In this document: one piece after another, positions 48,271 through 58,635 of the stretch
How positions within the stretch are numbered: the first letter of the stretch is position 1
How the letters are laid out: every line of letters begins with the position of its first letter
Source of the DNA: a bacterium
Lineage (GTDB): Bacteria; UBA8248
Direction of reading: 5' to 3'
NCBI GenBank assembly: GCA_963692865.2
Contig: OY843592.1
Location: 768,001 to 832,000, forward strand
Length of the DNA stretch: 64,000 bases
Position numbers and translations under genes: made by a program
Notes under the pieces: model-generated
The model's input: only the letters and a program-made list of their open reading frames with translations
Databases searched by the model: none
Told to the model about the DNA's origin: nothing

Positions 48271-48609
48271 TCATCAGGGTCTCCCGAAAAGCGCAAAATT
48301 GACAGATGAAGGAAATCCTGCTAGCGTTTTTCCATAGTTACGGAACCAGTCGAGGTTGGTTGAGGATTTTTCGAACGCCGGAGAGTGGGAATCGCGAACC
48401 GGTGGTATCGTCGCCTCCAGGGCCATCGCGCCCCGTTTCGCCTCCCGCCGTGAGAACGCTTCCCATTTCTTCGTCTGAAATTCGGGTGAACCGAGAGGCC
48501 CGGCCCAGGGCTTCTCGATTGGCGTTGTGGTTTGGTTCTGCCCCCGATGGCGGATCGCCCGTGCCACGGGGAGCGCAAGTTCTCCTTGGGCGACGATGGA
48601 GGGTTGACC

Positions 48610-49947
48610 ATGAAAGAACTCGGATTGAGTCGTCGGAAACTCCTTCGCAATGCCGCACTTGGAACGGCCGCCCTGGCCTTGCCCGTCTCGCGGGCGGCGC
48701 CCTCGGCGGCGGCGGTGAAAAAGCTCAACTTCTACAGCTGGACCTACGGCATCAGCTTCGTGAAGCAGCGCATCGCCGAATTCGAGAAACTCGCCAAGGT
48801 CAAGATCAACTACGGCAACACGCCGGGCAGCAAGTACCACGACACGCTGGTCGTCAAGTTCACGGGCGGAGCCCCCCTGGACGTCATCTACATGATCGAC
48901 GGGCACCTCGCCGAGTTCGTCGAGGCGGGCTGGCTGGCTCCCATCGATGAATTTCCCCGGGTGGATGAGTACCGCAAGGAGTTCATCGGCCCGACCGCCG
49001 ACGCGCTCACCTACGAAGGCAAGCTCTACGGCCTGCCCTACTACGTGGGCCACATGGCGTTCCTCTACAACGAGGAGCATCTGGAGAAGGCGGGCATCGG
49101 CGCTCCTCCCAAGACCTGGGACGAGGTGGTCCAGCAGAGCCTCCAGATCAAGAGCAAGGGGATTCAGGAGTATCCCTTCCTCCAGTTCCTGAAAGCCGAC
49201 TTCTGGATGGGCGAGTTGCTCTTCACCATGATGTACAGCCGGGGCGGGAGGTTCGTTGACGAGAAATACAACGTGATGAACTACGACAAGGAGGGCTCCG
49301 CGGCGGCGCAGGCCATCCAGTGGATCATCGACGCGGCCAAGAAGCACAAGATCACGCAGCCCGGCTTCCTGGAGCTCAACGAGGTCGCCGCGCTCAAGGC
49401 CTTCAGCAGCGGCACGGGCAGTTTCGCCATCCTGCCGAACTACCGGCTGCGGGCGGCGAACGAGCCCAAATCCTCCAAGGTGGCCGGCAAGGTCAAGATG
49501 GCGCTCATACCCACCGCCAACAACGCCAAGCCCAACGTGTGCGGCTGGACGAGGTGCTACAGCATGACCGCCCAGGCCGCGAAGGACCCCGCGCGCAAGG
49601 CGATGTCCTGGAAGATGGTGGACTTCCTGGGCGGCAAGGACAAATCCGGCACCTACCGCACCGCGAAGAAGTGGTTCACCGAGTTCGGTCTGGGCTTCGG
49701 CCACGCGCCGCTGTTCAAGGACCCCGATATCATCAAGGCTGCGAACAGTTGGGGCGAGGCGAAGCTGTTCGAGAGCCAGATGGCGCTCAGCAAGCCCAAG
49801 GACGGGCAGAAGGCCGTCTGGTACGCGGAGTGGGATCAGTTCATGCGTCCGCGCGTCCACAAGGCGATCCTGGGCCAGGCCGACATCGTGGGCACGCTCA
49901 AGACCCTGACCAAGCAGTGGAACAGGCTGAAACGTCGTTACGGTTAG
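48610..49947 (+). CDS. Sugar (CUT1) ABC substrate-binding protein with Tat signal
   Basis: SRRKLL twin-arginine signal, GKLYGLPY, YNEEHLEKAG, PKTWDE. Confidence 0.9.
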   Translation: MKELGLSRRKLLRNAALGTAALALPVSRAAPSAAAVKKLNFYSWTYGISFVKQRIAEFEKLAKVKINYGNTPGSKYHDTLVVKFTGGAPLDVIYMIDGHLAEFVEAGWLAPIDEFPRVDEYRKEFIGPTADALTYEGKLYGLPYYVGHMAFLYNEEHLEKAGIGAPPKTWDEVVQQSLQIKSKGIQEYPFLQFLKADFWMGELLFTMMYSRGGRFVDEKYNVMNYDKEGSAAAQAIQWIIDAAKKHKITQPGFLELNEVAALKAFSSGTGSFAILPNYRLRAANEPKSSKVAGKVKMALIPTANNAKPNVCGWTRCYSMTAQAAKDPARKAMSWKMVDFLGGKDKSGTYRTAKKWFTEFGLGFGHAPLFKDPDIIKAANSWGEAKLFESQMALSKPKDGQKAVWYAEWDQFMRPRVHKAILGQADIVGTLKTLTKQWNRLKRRYG

Positions 49948-49957
49948 ACGTAAAGAG

Positions 49958-49992
49958 TCGCCTCCCCCGGCGATGCCCTGCCGGGGGAGGCG
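49958..49992 (+). promoter_or_regulatory. Intra-operon stem-loop after the SBP gene
   Basis: CGCCTCCCCCGGC...GCCGGGGGAGGCG. Confidence 0.45.
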
Positions 49993-50007
49993 CGATGGAG
50001 GTTATCC

Positions 50008-50961
50008 TTGGCGAATATCCTGTCCGCCGAAGGGGTAGAGCCGGCCGCGCAGGCGGGCGCGAGGGGCTGGTTCGCCCGGCGCATGCAGACCGAAGGCGGC
50101 ATCGCGGCGTTCTTCGTGGGGCCTGCGCTGCTCCTCATGGTGCTGCTCAACATCTATCCCATCCTGCATTCGTTCTACGTCAGCGTCCACGTCTATAACC
50201 TCAAGCGGCCCCACAGAAACCCCTTCGTGGGTTTCGAGAACTACGTCATGTTCCTGGAGAGCGAGGATTTCTACAACGCGCTCATCAACACGGTCATCTT
50301 CGTCGTGGTGTCGGTGATCGCCGTGGCCATTCTCGGCCTCATCTTCTCCCTGGCGCTGAACGAACTGGGAGCAGGTGTGCGCAGGTGGGTGGTGCCGCTC
50401 ATCCTCGTTCCCTGGGCGGTGCCCTACGTGGCGAACGGCCTGATCTGGGAGTGGATCTACCATTCGGACTACGGGGTGCTGAACGGGCTTCTGGTTGCCC
50501 TTGGCGTCATCGACAAGTACCAGACGTGGCTCAGCAACCCGGACCGCGCGCTTTATGCCCTCGTGAACGCCTTCGTCTGGAAGGAGGTGCCCCTGGCCAC
50601 CGTCCTGTTCCTGACGGCGCTCCAGGCGATTCCCGAGGACCTCTACAGCGCGGCCAAGATCGATCAGGCGGGCGCGTCGAGGCGGTTCTGGCACATCACC
50701 CTGCCCGCGCTCAAGCTGGCGTTTCTGCTCGTTCTGGTCTACACGTCGATCATCTCCATCAAGACCTTTGATCTCGTATACATCCTCACAGAGGGAGGAC
50801 CGGGCGACGCGACGGCGCTCGTCTCCTGGTACACCTACGTGGAGACCTTCCGGAACCTGCAGTTCGGCTCCGGCGCGTCGATTTCCTATGTGATCGCCAT
50901 CGCCACCTTCATCCTGGCGATCGGCTACATCAAGATCCTCTACAGGCCGCAGGAGAATTGA
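50008..50961 (+). CDS. Sugar ABC permease (MalF/UgpA-like)
   Basis: FVGFENY, EAA motif LYSAAKIDQA, FDLVYILTEGGPG. Confidence 0.92.
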   Translation: MANILSAEGVEPAAQAGARGWFARRMQTEGGIAAFFVGPALLLMVLLNIYPILHSFYVSVHVYNLKRPHRNPFVGFENYVMFLESEDFYNALINTVIFVVVSVIAVAILGLIFSLALNELGAGVRRWVVPLILVPWAVPYVANGLIWEWIYHSDYGVLNGLLVALGVIDKYQTWLSNPDRALYALVNAFVWKEVPLATVLFLTALQAIPEDLYSAAKIDQAGASRRFWHITLPALKLAFLLVLVYTSIISIKTFDLVYILTEGGPGDATALVSWYTYVETFRNLQFGSGASISYVIAIATFILAIGYIKILYRPQEN

Positions 50962-50963
50962 TC

Positions 50964-51902
50964 ATGGCTGCCCCGAGCGTTCCCGACATCAAGGAAATTC
51001 AGAGATACCGCCAGGCCGCCGTCCTGGGGCGGGTCGCCCTCTACCTCATCGTCGCCGCCATGCTCTTCTATGCGATATCGCCCTTCTACTGGATGTTGAA
51101 CTCGAGCCTGCAGTTCGAAAAGGACGTTGTGTCGGTTCCGCCCAACTGGGTTCCGCCCAAGCTCAACGTCGGCAATTTCGAGGAGATAATCTTAAGAAAA
51201 CCCGCGGATACGAGCGTCGCGTTCGACAAGAAGATGGCCGGATACTCCACGTTCCCCACGGCTGACGTGCTGCCCTCGATGTGGAACAGCTTCGTCGTGG
51301 CGCTGGGCGTCACCATCATCAACGTCATCCTGGGATGTCTGGCGGCGTACGGCTTCGCGCGTCTTTACTTCAAGGGGAAGCAGTCCCTTTTCTACGTCGT
51401 GCTGGCGTCGCGCATCGTGCCCGAGGTGTCGTTGATCGTCCCGTTCTACCTGATGATCCGCGGGCTGGGGCTGCTGGACACCTACATGGGCCTCATCGTG
51501 GCCTACATTCCGATATCGCTTCCCCTGGCGATCTTCGTGCTGGTCGCCTATTTCGAGACCGTTCCGCAGGAGATCGAGAGTGCCGCCCGCGTGGACGGCT
51601 GCAACCGCTTCCAGACGCTCTGGCGGGTGATCCTGCCGCTCTCGGCGCCCGCCATCGTCACGGCGGGGGTGTTCGTATTCCTCACGAGCTGGAACGAGTT
51701 CCTCTTCCCGCTCGTCCTGACCCAGACGATGAACACCCGGCCCATCACGGTGACGCTGCTCGATTTCGTCTCCGAGTTCTCGGTGAGCTACGCGCGGATG
51801 AACGCCGCGGGCGTCGCCTGCGTCATCATTCCCGTCGCCCTGGCCCTCATGTTCCAGCGCTACTTCGTGCGCGGGCTGACGGCGGGCGCGGTGAAGGGCT
51901 AG
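50964..51902 (+). CDS. Sugar ABC permease (MalG/UgpE-like)
   Basis: AAYGFAR, EIESAARVDG, SWNEF, FQRYFVRGLTAGAVKG. Confidence 0.92.
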   Translation: MAAPSVPDIKEIQRYRQAAVLGRVALYLIVAAMLFYAISPFYWMLNSSLQFEKDVVSVPPNWVPPKLNVGNFEEIILRKPADTSVAFDKKMAGYSTFPTADVLPSMWNSFVVALGVTIINVILGCLAAYGFARLYFKGKQSLFYVVLASRIVPEVSLIVPFYLMIRGLGLLDTYMGLIVAYIPISLPLAIFVLVAYFETVPQEIESAARVDGCNRFQTLWRVILPLSAPAIVTAGVFVFLTSWNEFLFPLVLTQTMNTRPITVTLLDFVSEFSVSYARMNAAGVACVIIPVALALMFQRYFVRGLTAGAVKG

Positions 51903-51922
51903 CCGGTTTTCCATAGGAGCGC

Positions 51923-53017
51923 ATGAGAATGGCGAAGGTCGTTTTGGAGAACTTGAGCAAGAATTACGGCGAGGTGGTCGCGGTCGACAACGTGGACCTG
52001 GAGATCGAAGACGGCAGATTCGTCGTCCTCCTGGGTCCTTCGGGGTGCGGGAAGACCACCATCCTGAACGTGGTGGCGGGCCTGCTGGAGCCGACCGAGG
52101 GGGCGATACTCATCGACGGGGTGGACGTTCGCCACATTCCGGCCCACAAGCGCAACATGGCCATGGTGTTCCAGAGCTACGCCCTGTATCCCCACCTCCG
52201 GGTGCGGGACAACCTGGCCTTCCCGCTCCGGATGATGAAGATGTCCAGGGCGGAAGTCGAGGAGAAAGTCCGCTGGGCGGCCGAGGCGCTGAACATCGAG
52301 GAGCTTCTGGCGCGAAGGCCGCGCGAACTCTCGGGCGGACAGCGCCAGCGGGTGGCGCTGGGCCGGGCCATCGTCCGCGAACCCTGGGCGTTCCTGATGG
52401 ACGAGCCGCTCTCGAACCTCGACGCCGCGCTCCGGGTCGAGATGCGCGCGGAACTCAAAAAGCTCCACCGGCGTCTCGAGACCACCATGATCTACGTTAC
52501 CCACGATCAGGTGGAGGCGCTCAACATGGCGGACGAGATCGCGCTCTTAAAAGACGGCGTGCTCCAGCAGTACGCCTCCCCCTACGCCGTCTACCACGAA
52601 CCGGCCAACACCTTCGTGGCGCAGTTCGTGGGCACGCCGCCGATGAACCTCATTCCCGGCGCCCTGGAGCAGGAGAACGGGAGGCTGCGCTTCCGCTACG
52701 GGAATTTCGCCGTGGAGCCTTCGCCGGCGCTACGCGAGCGATTGGAAGAGAAGGCGAGGGATAAGGTGATCCTGGGGATTCGCCCCGAGGACGTCACCGT
52801 GGAAGCCGCAGGCGGCGACGGGGACGGCCACCTGAGCAAGGTGCTGCTGCTGGAGCCTTACGGGGCGGATCAGGTGCTCGAACTCGCCTTCGAGGACGTA
52901 TCGATCATGGCGCGCACCCCCTCCACCTTGAGAGTCGACATGGGGGACGAGGCCCGGGTGGGAATGCGCGGGGACAACCTCTTCTTCTTCGACGCCGAGA
53001 CCCAACTGGCCATCTGA
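51923..53017 (+). CDS. Sugar ABC ATP-binding protein (MalK/UgpC-like)
   Basis: GPSGCGKT, FQSYALYPH, LSGGQRQR, MDEPLSNLD, YVTHDQ, C-terminal TOBE-like domain. Confidence 0.95.
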   Translation: MRMAKVVLENLSKNYGEVVAVDNVDLEIEDGRFVVLLGPSGCGKTTILNVVAGLLEPTEGAILIDGVDVRHIPAHKRNMAMVFQSYALYPHLRVRDNLAFPLRMMKMSRAEVEEKVRWAAEALNIEELLARRPRELSGGQRQRVALGRAIVREPWAFLMDEPLSNLDAALRVEMRAELKKLHRRLETTMIYVTHDQVEALNMADEIALLKDGVLQQYASPYAVYHEPANTFVAQFVGTPPMNLIPGALEQENGRLRFRYGNFAVEPSPALRERLEEKARDKVILGIRPEDVTVEAAGGDGDGHLSKVLLLEPYGADQVLELAFEDVSIMARTPSTLRVDMGDEARVGMRGDNLFFFDAETQLAI

Positions 53018-53087
53018 TCCTGAATCGGCCTTCGCACAAACCGCTTGGCCTCTGTCGGGCTTTCCCCTCGGGAAGCCCGACTCTCAC

Positions 53088-53412
53088 GGGGCTGTTGAAA
53101 AAGTCCTCTTTGCCTCATCCTGAGTAGCGGCGAAGCCGCGTATCGAAGGATGCCCTCTCGCCCGGTGCGAGCGCGTGTGATTGGTCGTGTAGGGGTCGCA
53201 TATATGCGACCCTGCATTATTCGCGTCTTCACAGACATGGGCCGCATATATGCGGCCCCTACACTAGGCTTGCGACCAAAACGACGTGCGGGGGAGGACA
53301 CACAGGTCCTCCCCTACAAAACCATCGTGTCTCGCGTAGCCGGACAGGCGCAGGGGCCTGTCCGGGGACCTATGTGTCCGCCCAGTCTCGAAACAGGCTT
53401 TTTAATAACCCC
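53088..53412. repeat. Composite MITE/REP cluster between convergent genes
   Basis: GGGGCTGTTGAAAAAG at 53088, BIME-like motif at 53113, REP doublet 53189-53262, degenerate right end CTTTTTAATAACCCC near 53398. Confidence 0.75.
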
Positions 53413-53413
53413 T

Positions 53414-54187
53414 TTACGTGTAAACCTCCTGAATACCAAAATAGTCCGGGTTGAAGTTCTCCACTATCTCGACCACCTTGTTCACGCAGGCCTCGAAATA
53501 CCGGCGGCCCTTCTCCGGCGTGGCCCGGCGCGGGTCGCCGTAGACGCCGTTGTGCACCCGGCTGTCCGGCAGGCGGACGACCGAGGTCACCCCGTGCTGG
53601 TAGGAGAGAACGAGTTCGGGCTTGTACTCCCAGTCGCCCAGCCTGTCCACGCGCACCATGTCCGGGCGGATGTGCATCATGAAGGCCGTCTCGAACTCGT
53701 TCGCGTGGGTGCCCTCGCGGAAGTTGTCGCCGATGGCGTCGCACGCCTCCTTGTCCACCATGAAGTAGCTCCCGGCGACGATGAGTTTGTCTCCGTCCCT
53801 GCCGTAGCGGTCCATGAGCCTGAACATCATGGTCTGGAGCAGGGGCAGGTTGGGGTTGTGGCCGTTCAGGAAGAAAATCCGCTTGAAGCCGTTGCGAATG
53901 AGGCTCTCGGTGATCTCGCCGACACAGGTCATGAAGGTATCGGCCGTGAAGCTGATGGTGCCGGGAAAATTCTCCCACACCTCCGAGTAGCCGTAGGGAA
54001 GCGGCGGGGCGACGAGGCAGCCCGTGCGGTCGCCGACGGCCTTCGCGACTTCGAACGCGCTCGATATGTCCACCTGAACCGGCAGGTGCGGGCCGTGCTG
54101 TTCGGTCGAGCCCACGGGTTGGATGATGACGGGGTTCTCGGGAATCAGGTCGCGGATTTCCATCCAGGTCAGATCGCTCAGCATCAT
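53414..54187 (-). CDS. Creatininase family amidohydrolase
   Basis: GSTEQHGPHLP...D, FPGTI, NGH, HANEFET, GVYGDP. Confidence 0.92.
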   Translation of the reverse strand: MMLSDLTWMEIRDLIPENPVIIQPVGSTEQHGPHLPVQVDISSAFEVAKAVGDRTGCLVAPPLPYGYSEVWENFPGTISFTADTFMTCVGEITESLIRNGFKRIFFLNGHNPNLPLLQTMMFRLMDRYGRDGDKLIVAGSYFMVDKEACDAIGDNFREGTHANEFETAFMMHIRPDMVRVDRLGDWEYKPELVLSYQHGVTSVVRLPDSRVHNGVYGDPRRATPEKGRRYFEACVNKVVEIVENFNPDYFGIQEVYT

Positions 54188-54216
54188 GGCGTCGTTCCCT
54201 CCATATAGTTTCGGAC

Positions 54217-54687
54217 TCAGCCGGAGACGGCCTCGGCGGGTTCTCCCTCATACATTTTGAACAGGGCCAGATCGAAGCCGTCCGGATCGTAGAAGATGGC
54301 GGCCCGCCAGTAGCGGCCCGGGCCGCGCCACGTCACCTGGGGCGGGGTGGCGAACCGCACGCCCTTGGCCACCAACTCCTCGTAGGCGGCGTCCATGTCT
54401 TCGGGCTCGAAGGCGATGTGGCTGCTGCCCACGTCGTTCAGGGCCGGCGGATTGTCGTAGGGCTTCCCCTCCGCTTTCAGGAACTGGATGAGCTCCACGA
54501 CCGCGCCTCCCGCCTGGAGCATGACGATCCGAAGCCGGCTCTCGGGCGTGGTCGAGGCGTACTGGATCCCCTCCTCGTCGGAGGAGATGTCCTCCACCAC
54601 CTCGAAGCCCAGGGTGTCGCGGTAAAACGCGATGGACCTTTCGATGTCCGAAACCGTTCTGCTGGAATGGTGCATGGGACCTATCAT
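54217..54687 (-). CDS. VOC/glyoxalase (methylmalonyl-CoA epimerase-like) protein
   Basis: HSSRTVSDIERSIAFYRD.LGF, VELIQF, HIAF, FYDPDG. Confidence 0.87.
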   Translation of the reverse strand: MIGPMHHSSRTVSDIERSIAFYRDTLGFEVVEDISSDEEGIQYASTTPESRLRIVMLQAGGAVVELIQFLKAEGKPYDNPPALNDVGSSHIAFEPEDMDAAYEELVAKGVRFATPPQVTWRGPGRYWRAAIFYDPDGFDLALFKMYEGEPAEAVSG

Positions 54688-54830
54688 GACGATCTCCCCC
54701 CATTGGTCTTGAGAAAACCTTGCGGGCCTACCGTCTTTCGGGATGGTGCCCGTACCGGAAACTTCATGTACGAGATGTGGATGAAGTGTAGCACAAATCT
54801 TTTTGAGGAGCACAAAACGCTCTATGCAAA

Positions 54831-55095
54831 GGGCTGTTGAAAAAGCCCCGGAAAGCGATATTGCTTTTCGCGCATGCCTTTGAAGTTCACTCCCCCCTTG
54901 AGGGTCTGGCTTCCCGAGGGGAAAGCCAGACGATGAGGCCGAGCCCTTGGGCGAAGGCCGATTCGGTGGGGGGACATGTCACGGGAAAGCTCCCCCCACC
55001 GAATCGCTTGCGGGCTTACGCCCTTACCTCGTCGACTCCCCCTCAAGGGGGGAGTGGTTGGTTGGCGTTCTGCAAGGGGGGAGTGATTTTCCACT
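54831..55095. repeat. Intergenic palindromic element (ACTCCCCCCTTGAGGG...ACTCCCCCTCAAGGGGGGAGT) preceded by an IS-end-like motif
   Basis: Matches 11160, 12705, 15461 and 42151. The stretch 54831-54900 is the reverse complement of ~15461-15532. Confidence 0.75.
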
Positions 55096-55137
55096 ACTCG
55101 GTTGCCGTCGGGCTTCCACTAAATTGCCGAACGCTTC

Positions 55138-55935
55138 TCAACTCCCCCTGAAGTTCGGTTTGCGTTTTTCGTGAAAGGCCTCCACGCCCTCTTTGAAATC
55201 ATCCGACTGGCGAAGCCGCGAATAGCAATGCCCTTCGAGCTGGATTCCTAACGACAAGAAGGTGTCTTCGGTTTCGTTGAGCAGACGCTTGGCCGTTCGC
55301 TGCGCGAGCGGGGCGAACTGGCGGAGCTCGGCCACCAGGGCGTCTGTGGCTTTTTCCAGTTCCTCGTCCGGCACGACCTCGGTGACGACTCCCCACTCAT
55401 GCGCCTGTCTGCCGCCGATGCGCTTCGAGCGCATGACGATGTGCTTCGTCCGCGTGATGCCGATCATCTTCTGCAGGCGCGCCGAGCCGCCCGAACCCGG
55501 AATCTGCCCCAGGCGCTGTTCGGGCAGGGCGTAGAGCGCCGACTCCGACGCGATGCGGAAATCACACGCGAGCGAAATCTCGAAGCCGACGCCGAAGCAG
55601 TAGCCGCGGTTGGCTGCGATGGTCGGTTTTTCGCAGCGCGCCGGCGCCGCGATGTTGTCCGCCAGTTTCGAGACGTGCTCGGGCGAGGCCTCCATGAAGC
55701 CGCGGATGAATCCCCCCGAGGAGAAGTTGGGTCCCAGAGCGCGCAGCACGATCACGCGCACGCGATCGTCGAGGTCCAGGTTCTCGAACGCGGCGCGCAG
55801 CTCCTCGCGCTGGCCCATGCTGATCGTGTTCATCTCGCCGCGGTCGAGGATGATGTCGCCGCGCTGCCCTTCCGCGTCCACTTCGACCGTGAAGCCGTCG
55901 AAACTGGCGCCGTGCAGGTCTTCGCCGTGTCCCAT
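55138..55935 (-). CDS. hmfE: Crotonase-family hydrolase, 2-oxoglutaroyl-CoA hydrolase (HmfE)-like
   Basis: DGF.VE, ISM.QR..LR..FE.LD, FSSGG.I.GF.EASPEHVSKLA.NIAAPARC, LEGHCYSRLR. Recalled as closely matching HmfE of the furoate pathway; not verified by search. Confidence 0.65.
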   Translation of the reverse strand: MGHGEDLHGASFDGFTVEVDAEGQRGDIILDRGEMNTISMGQREELRAAFENLDLDDRVRVIVLRALGPNFSSGGFIRGFMEASPEHVSKLADNIAAPARCEKPTIAANRGYCFGVGFEISLACDFRIASESALYALPEQRLGQIPGSGGSARLQKMIGITRTKHIVMRSKRIGGRQAHEWGVVTEVVPDEELEKATDALVAELRQFAPLAQRTAKRLLNETEDTFLSLGIQLEGHCYSRLRQSDDFKEGVEAFHEKRKPNFRGS

Positions 55936-55969
55936 CGTCAAGATTCTCCTTCGTCTCGGATTTTCGTTT

Positions 55970-57583
55970 CTATTCAGCTGGCGCCATTTGCAGCAGCGCC
56001 TTCTTGTCGATCTTGTCGCTCGCGACGCGGGGGAATTCGCCGAGTTCGATGAACCGCGCCGGTATCTTGTAGGTGGCGAGGCCGCTCGTTCGGAGCGCCT
56101 CGGCGAGAGCTTCCGCGTCGAGGCTTCTGCCCGCATGGGGCTGGACGAACGCCCAGGGCGCCTCGCCGTATTCGGGGTCGGGCGCCGCGACCACGGCGCA
56201 CTCGAAGACGTCGGGGTGCTTGGCGATCTCGCGCTCGACCTCGACCGGCAGAATCTTCTGGCCGCTGCGGTTGATGACCTCCTTGCTGCGGCCGAGCAAC
56301 CTCAAGCGGCCGTCCTCGTCTATCGCCGCGATGTCGCCGGTCGCGTTCCAGCCCTCCGACCAGACCGCCATCGTCGCATCCTCGTCCTTCCAGTAGCCCG
56401 AAGACGCGTAAGGGGCCGAGAGTTTGAAGTGGCCGACGCTCCCCCGGGGCAGCGCGTTTCCCTCCTCATCCTCGATTCGCCAGCGGCATCCCCGGTGCGG
56501 GGGGCCGATGCTGCCGTTGAGCCTGAGCGCGGCGGGATCGTTCACGTCCGCGTGCGCGAAGCCGGGGGTTTCCATGCTGCCCGCCGCGAGGACGACGCGA
56601 GCGCCGGTGAGGCGCTCGAAGCGGCGCGCCGCATCGAGATCCGCCGCCGCCGTGCCGATTCTGATGGCGCGCAGCGAGCGCAGGTCGAAGGAACCCGTGT
56701 CTTCCTGCGCCAGACGGTTCAGGATGACGGGCACGGTCGTCGCCACGGTGATCTTCTCGCTCTCGATGAGCGTCAGCAAAGCCCGCGCGTTATAGGATTC
56801 GGGGAACGTGAAGGCGCACGGCGTCATGCCCGACGTCACCCAGACCAGCAGGCCCGCGCCCCCCGCCATCGGCGCGAAAACGCCGACGTTGTCTTGCTCG
56901 CTGATGCGCAATCGCGCGCCGTTTGCGCGGGCGAGACACATCTGCGCCCCTTCGGGCCATTCGCACAGCTTCGAAAAGCCGCTGGAGCCGCTCGAGACCG
57001 TGATCATGGAGATCTCATCGAAGCGGAAAGCCCGGGAGGCGATTTCCTCCATCGCTCCCGCGTTCTCGGGCGGCCGGGTCAGCTCGGCCCAGGGCAGCCA
57101 ACCCTCGGGAGATTCTTCGGAGAGATCGACGCGAAGCGTGCGCGCGGTGACGCCTGCCGCCTCATCCGGCCAGGCATTCGGCTCATCGCGGCCCGCTCCT
57201 GGCGAGGAGAAGATGACGCCCGGCGCCAGTTCCTGATGCGCGTAGCCGAGTTCCTTGCTTCGCCACTGCATGGGTGCGAAGCAGCCGATGATTCCCGCTT
57301 TCTTGAATGCGATGCGAAGCACCATCTCGCGGTTCGAGGACGCCATCTGCACCAGGGCGCGGGCGTCGCGCTCGATTCCTCTGGCGATCAGGTTTGCGGA
57401 GATGCGGTCGGTGCGTTCATCCAGCCCCCGCCAGGTGATCTCCTCTTGCGCGTCTCGGCAGGCGATTTTATCGGGAAAGTCCCGCGCATAGGCGGCGTAG
57501 CGCTCCACCATCGTCTCGCGCGTCCAGTATCCGGCGGCGAGGTAGGCTTCTATTTTTTCCTGGTCAAGAAAAGTAGGTTTCAT
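55970..57583 (-). CDS. AMP-dependent acyl-CoA synthetase (aryl/cyclic-carboxylate CoA ligase-like)
   Basis: AGYW N-terminus, P-loop variant VSSGSSGFSK, GSME, TGD, GRSKEVINRSG, KIDK. Confidence 0.88.
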   Translation of the reverse strand: MKPTFLDQEKIEAYLAAGYWTRETMVERYAAYARDFPDKIACRDAQEEITWRGLDERTDRISANLIARGIERDARALVQMASSNREMVLRIAFKKAGIIGCFAPMQWRSKELGYAHQELAPGVIFSSPGAGRDEPNAWPDEAAGVTARTLRVDLSEESPEGWLPWAELTRPPENAGAMEEIASRAFRFDEISMITVSSGSSGFSKLCEWPEGAQMCLARANGARLRISEQDNVGVFAPMAGGAGLLVWVTSGMTPCAFTFPESYNARALLTLIESEKITVATTVPVILNRLAQEDTGSFDLRSLRAIRIGTAAADLDAARRFERLTGARVVLAAGSMETPGFAHADVNDPAALRLNGSIGPPHRGCRWRIEDEEGNALPRGSVGHFKLSAPYASSGYWKDEDATMAVWSEGWNATGDIAAIDEDGRLRLLGRSKEVINRSGQKILPVEVEREIAKHPDVFECAVVAAPDPEYGEAPWAFVQPHAGRSLDAEALAEALRTSGLATYKIPARFIELGEFPRVASDKIDKKALLQMAPAE

Positions 57584-57597
57584 GTTTTGTTCCGGAA

Positions 57598-58383
57598 TCA
57601 GCGGCCCTTGTACTCAGGCGCGCGTTTTTCGGCATAGGCTTTCAAGGCCTCGCGGCTGTCCTCGGTCGCCATGCAGATGGCGTAGAGCTTGCGCTCGAAG
57701 TCGATGCCCGCCAGAAGCTCGGTTTCCGTGGAGCGCAATACGGCGTCGCGCCCGGCGACGAACGCCATGGGGGCCTGCGCTCCGAGAAGACGGGCCAGCT
57801 CCTTCGCGCGGGGCATCAGGTCGGCCGGCGGCAGGACCTCGGTGACCAGGCCGATAGCGCATGCGGTCTCGGCGTCGACGCGCTGCCCCGTCAGGATCAT
57901 CTGCATGGCCCAGCCCAGCCCCACGAACCGGTAGAGGCGCTGCGTGCCGCCTGAGCCGGGAATCTGGCCCAGGTTTATCTCCGGCAGCCCGAGCAGGGCG
58001 TTCTCGCTCGCGATGCGGACCGTGCAGCCCATCGAGAATTCCAGCCCCGCACCGAAGCAGTAGCCGTTAATCGCGGCGACGCTCGGCTTGCCGAGGCGCT
58101 CGATGGCGGTCGGCAGCTCCTTGCGCAGCGTCGCCGAGGGGCCCATCTCCGAGACCAGCGTGCGCTGCTCCAGTTCGGGAATGTTGGCGCCGGCGCAAAA
58201 CGACTTCTCCCCGTGCCCGGTGAAGACGATGGCCTTCACCGCCTCGTCGGTCTCGGCGCGGCGGGCGCAGTCGAGCAGGTCGACCCGCATCTGGTGCGTC
58301 ATGGCGTTTCGCTTCTCGGGCCGGTGCAGCGTGACTATCAGCAACTCGCCGTCCATTTCGGTGCGCACGTTCTCGTAGTTCAT
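57598..58383 (-). CDS. Enoyl-CoA hydratase/isomerase family protein
   Basis: HRPEKRNA, FCAGANI, INGYCFGAGLE, PEINLGQIPGSGGTQRL. Confidence 0.92.
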   Translation of the reverse strand: MNYENVRTEMDGELLIVTLHRPEKRNAMTHQMRVDLLDCARRAETDEAVKAIVFTGHGEKSFCAGANIPELEQRTLVSEMGPSATLRKELPTAIERLGKPSVAAINGYCFGAGLEFSMGCTVRIASENALLGLPEINLGQIPGSGGTQRLYRFVGLGWAMQMILTGQRVDAETACAIGLVTEVLPPADLMPRAKELARLLGAQAPMAFVAGRDAVLRSTETELLAGIDFERKLYAICMATEDSREALKAYAEKRAPEYKGR

Positions 58384-58545
58384 GTCGGCTCCGCCCCCCT
58401 GTCATGGGTTTTCTCATCGACGCAGGCGTCGTCCGCATCGACGCGCGCCCACGCTCCCATTGTAATCACCATCCGCGCGGCTCAAGTCAACCGGCGTTTG
58501 GACGGTTTCGCGAATGCGCAGTGTGTCCGTGAAAAACGCCGGACG

Positions 58546-58602
58546 AAAAAAGCGTTCACCCCGGCGTCCCGGCCCTCCTGCGAGAGAGCCGGGACGCCGG
58601 GG
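58546..58602 (-). terminator. Stem-loop or terminator downstream of the hydrolase
   Basis: CCCCGGCGTCCCGGC...GCCGGGACGCCGGGG 15-bp stem with a T-run shortly after on the minus strand. Confidence 0.55.
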
Positions 58603-58635
58603 CGGGCTGTGAAGGAAAGTATGCGTTCGGTCCCG

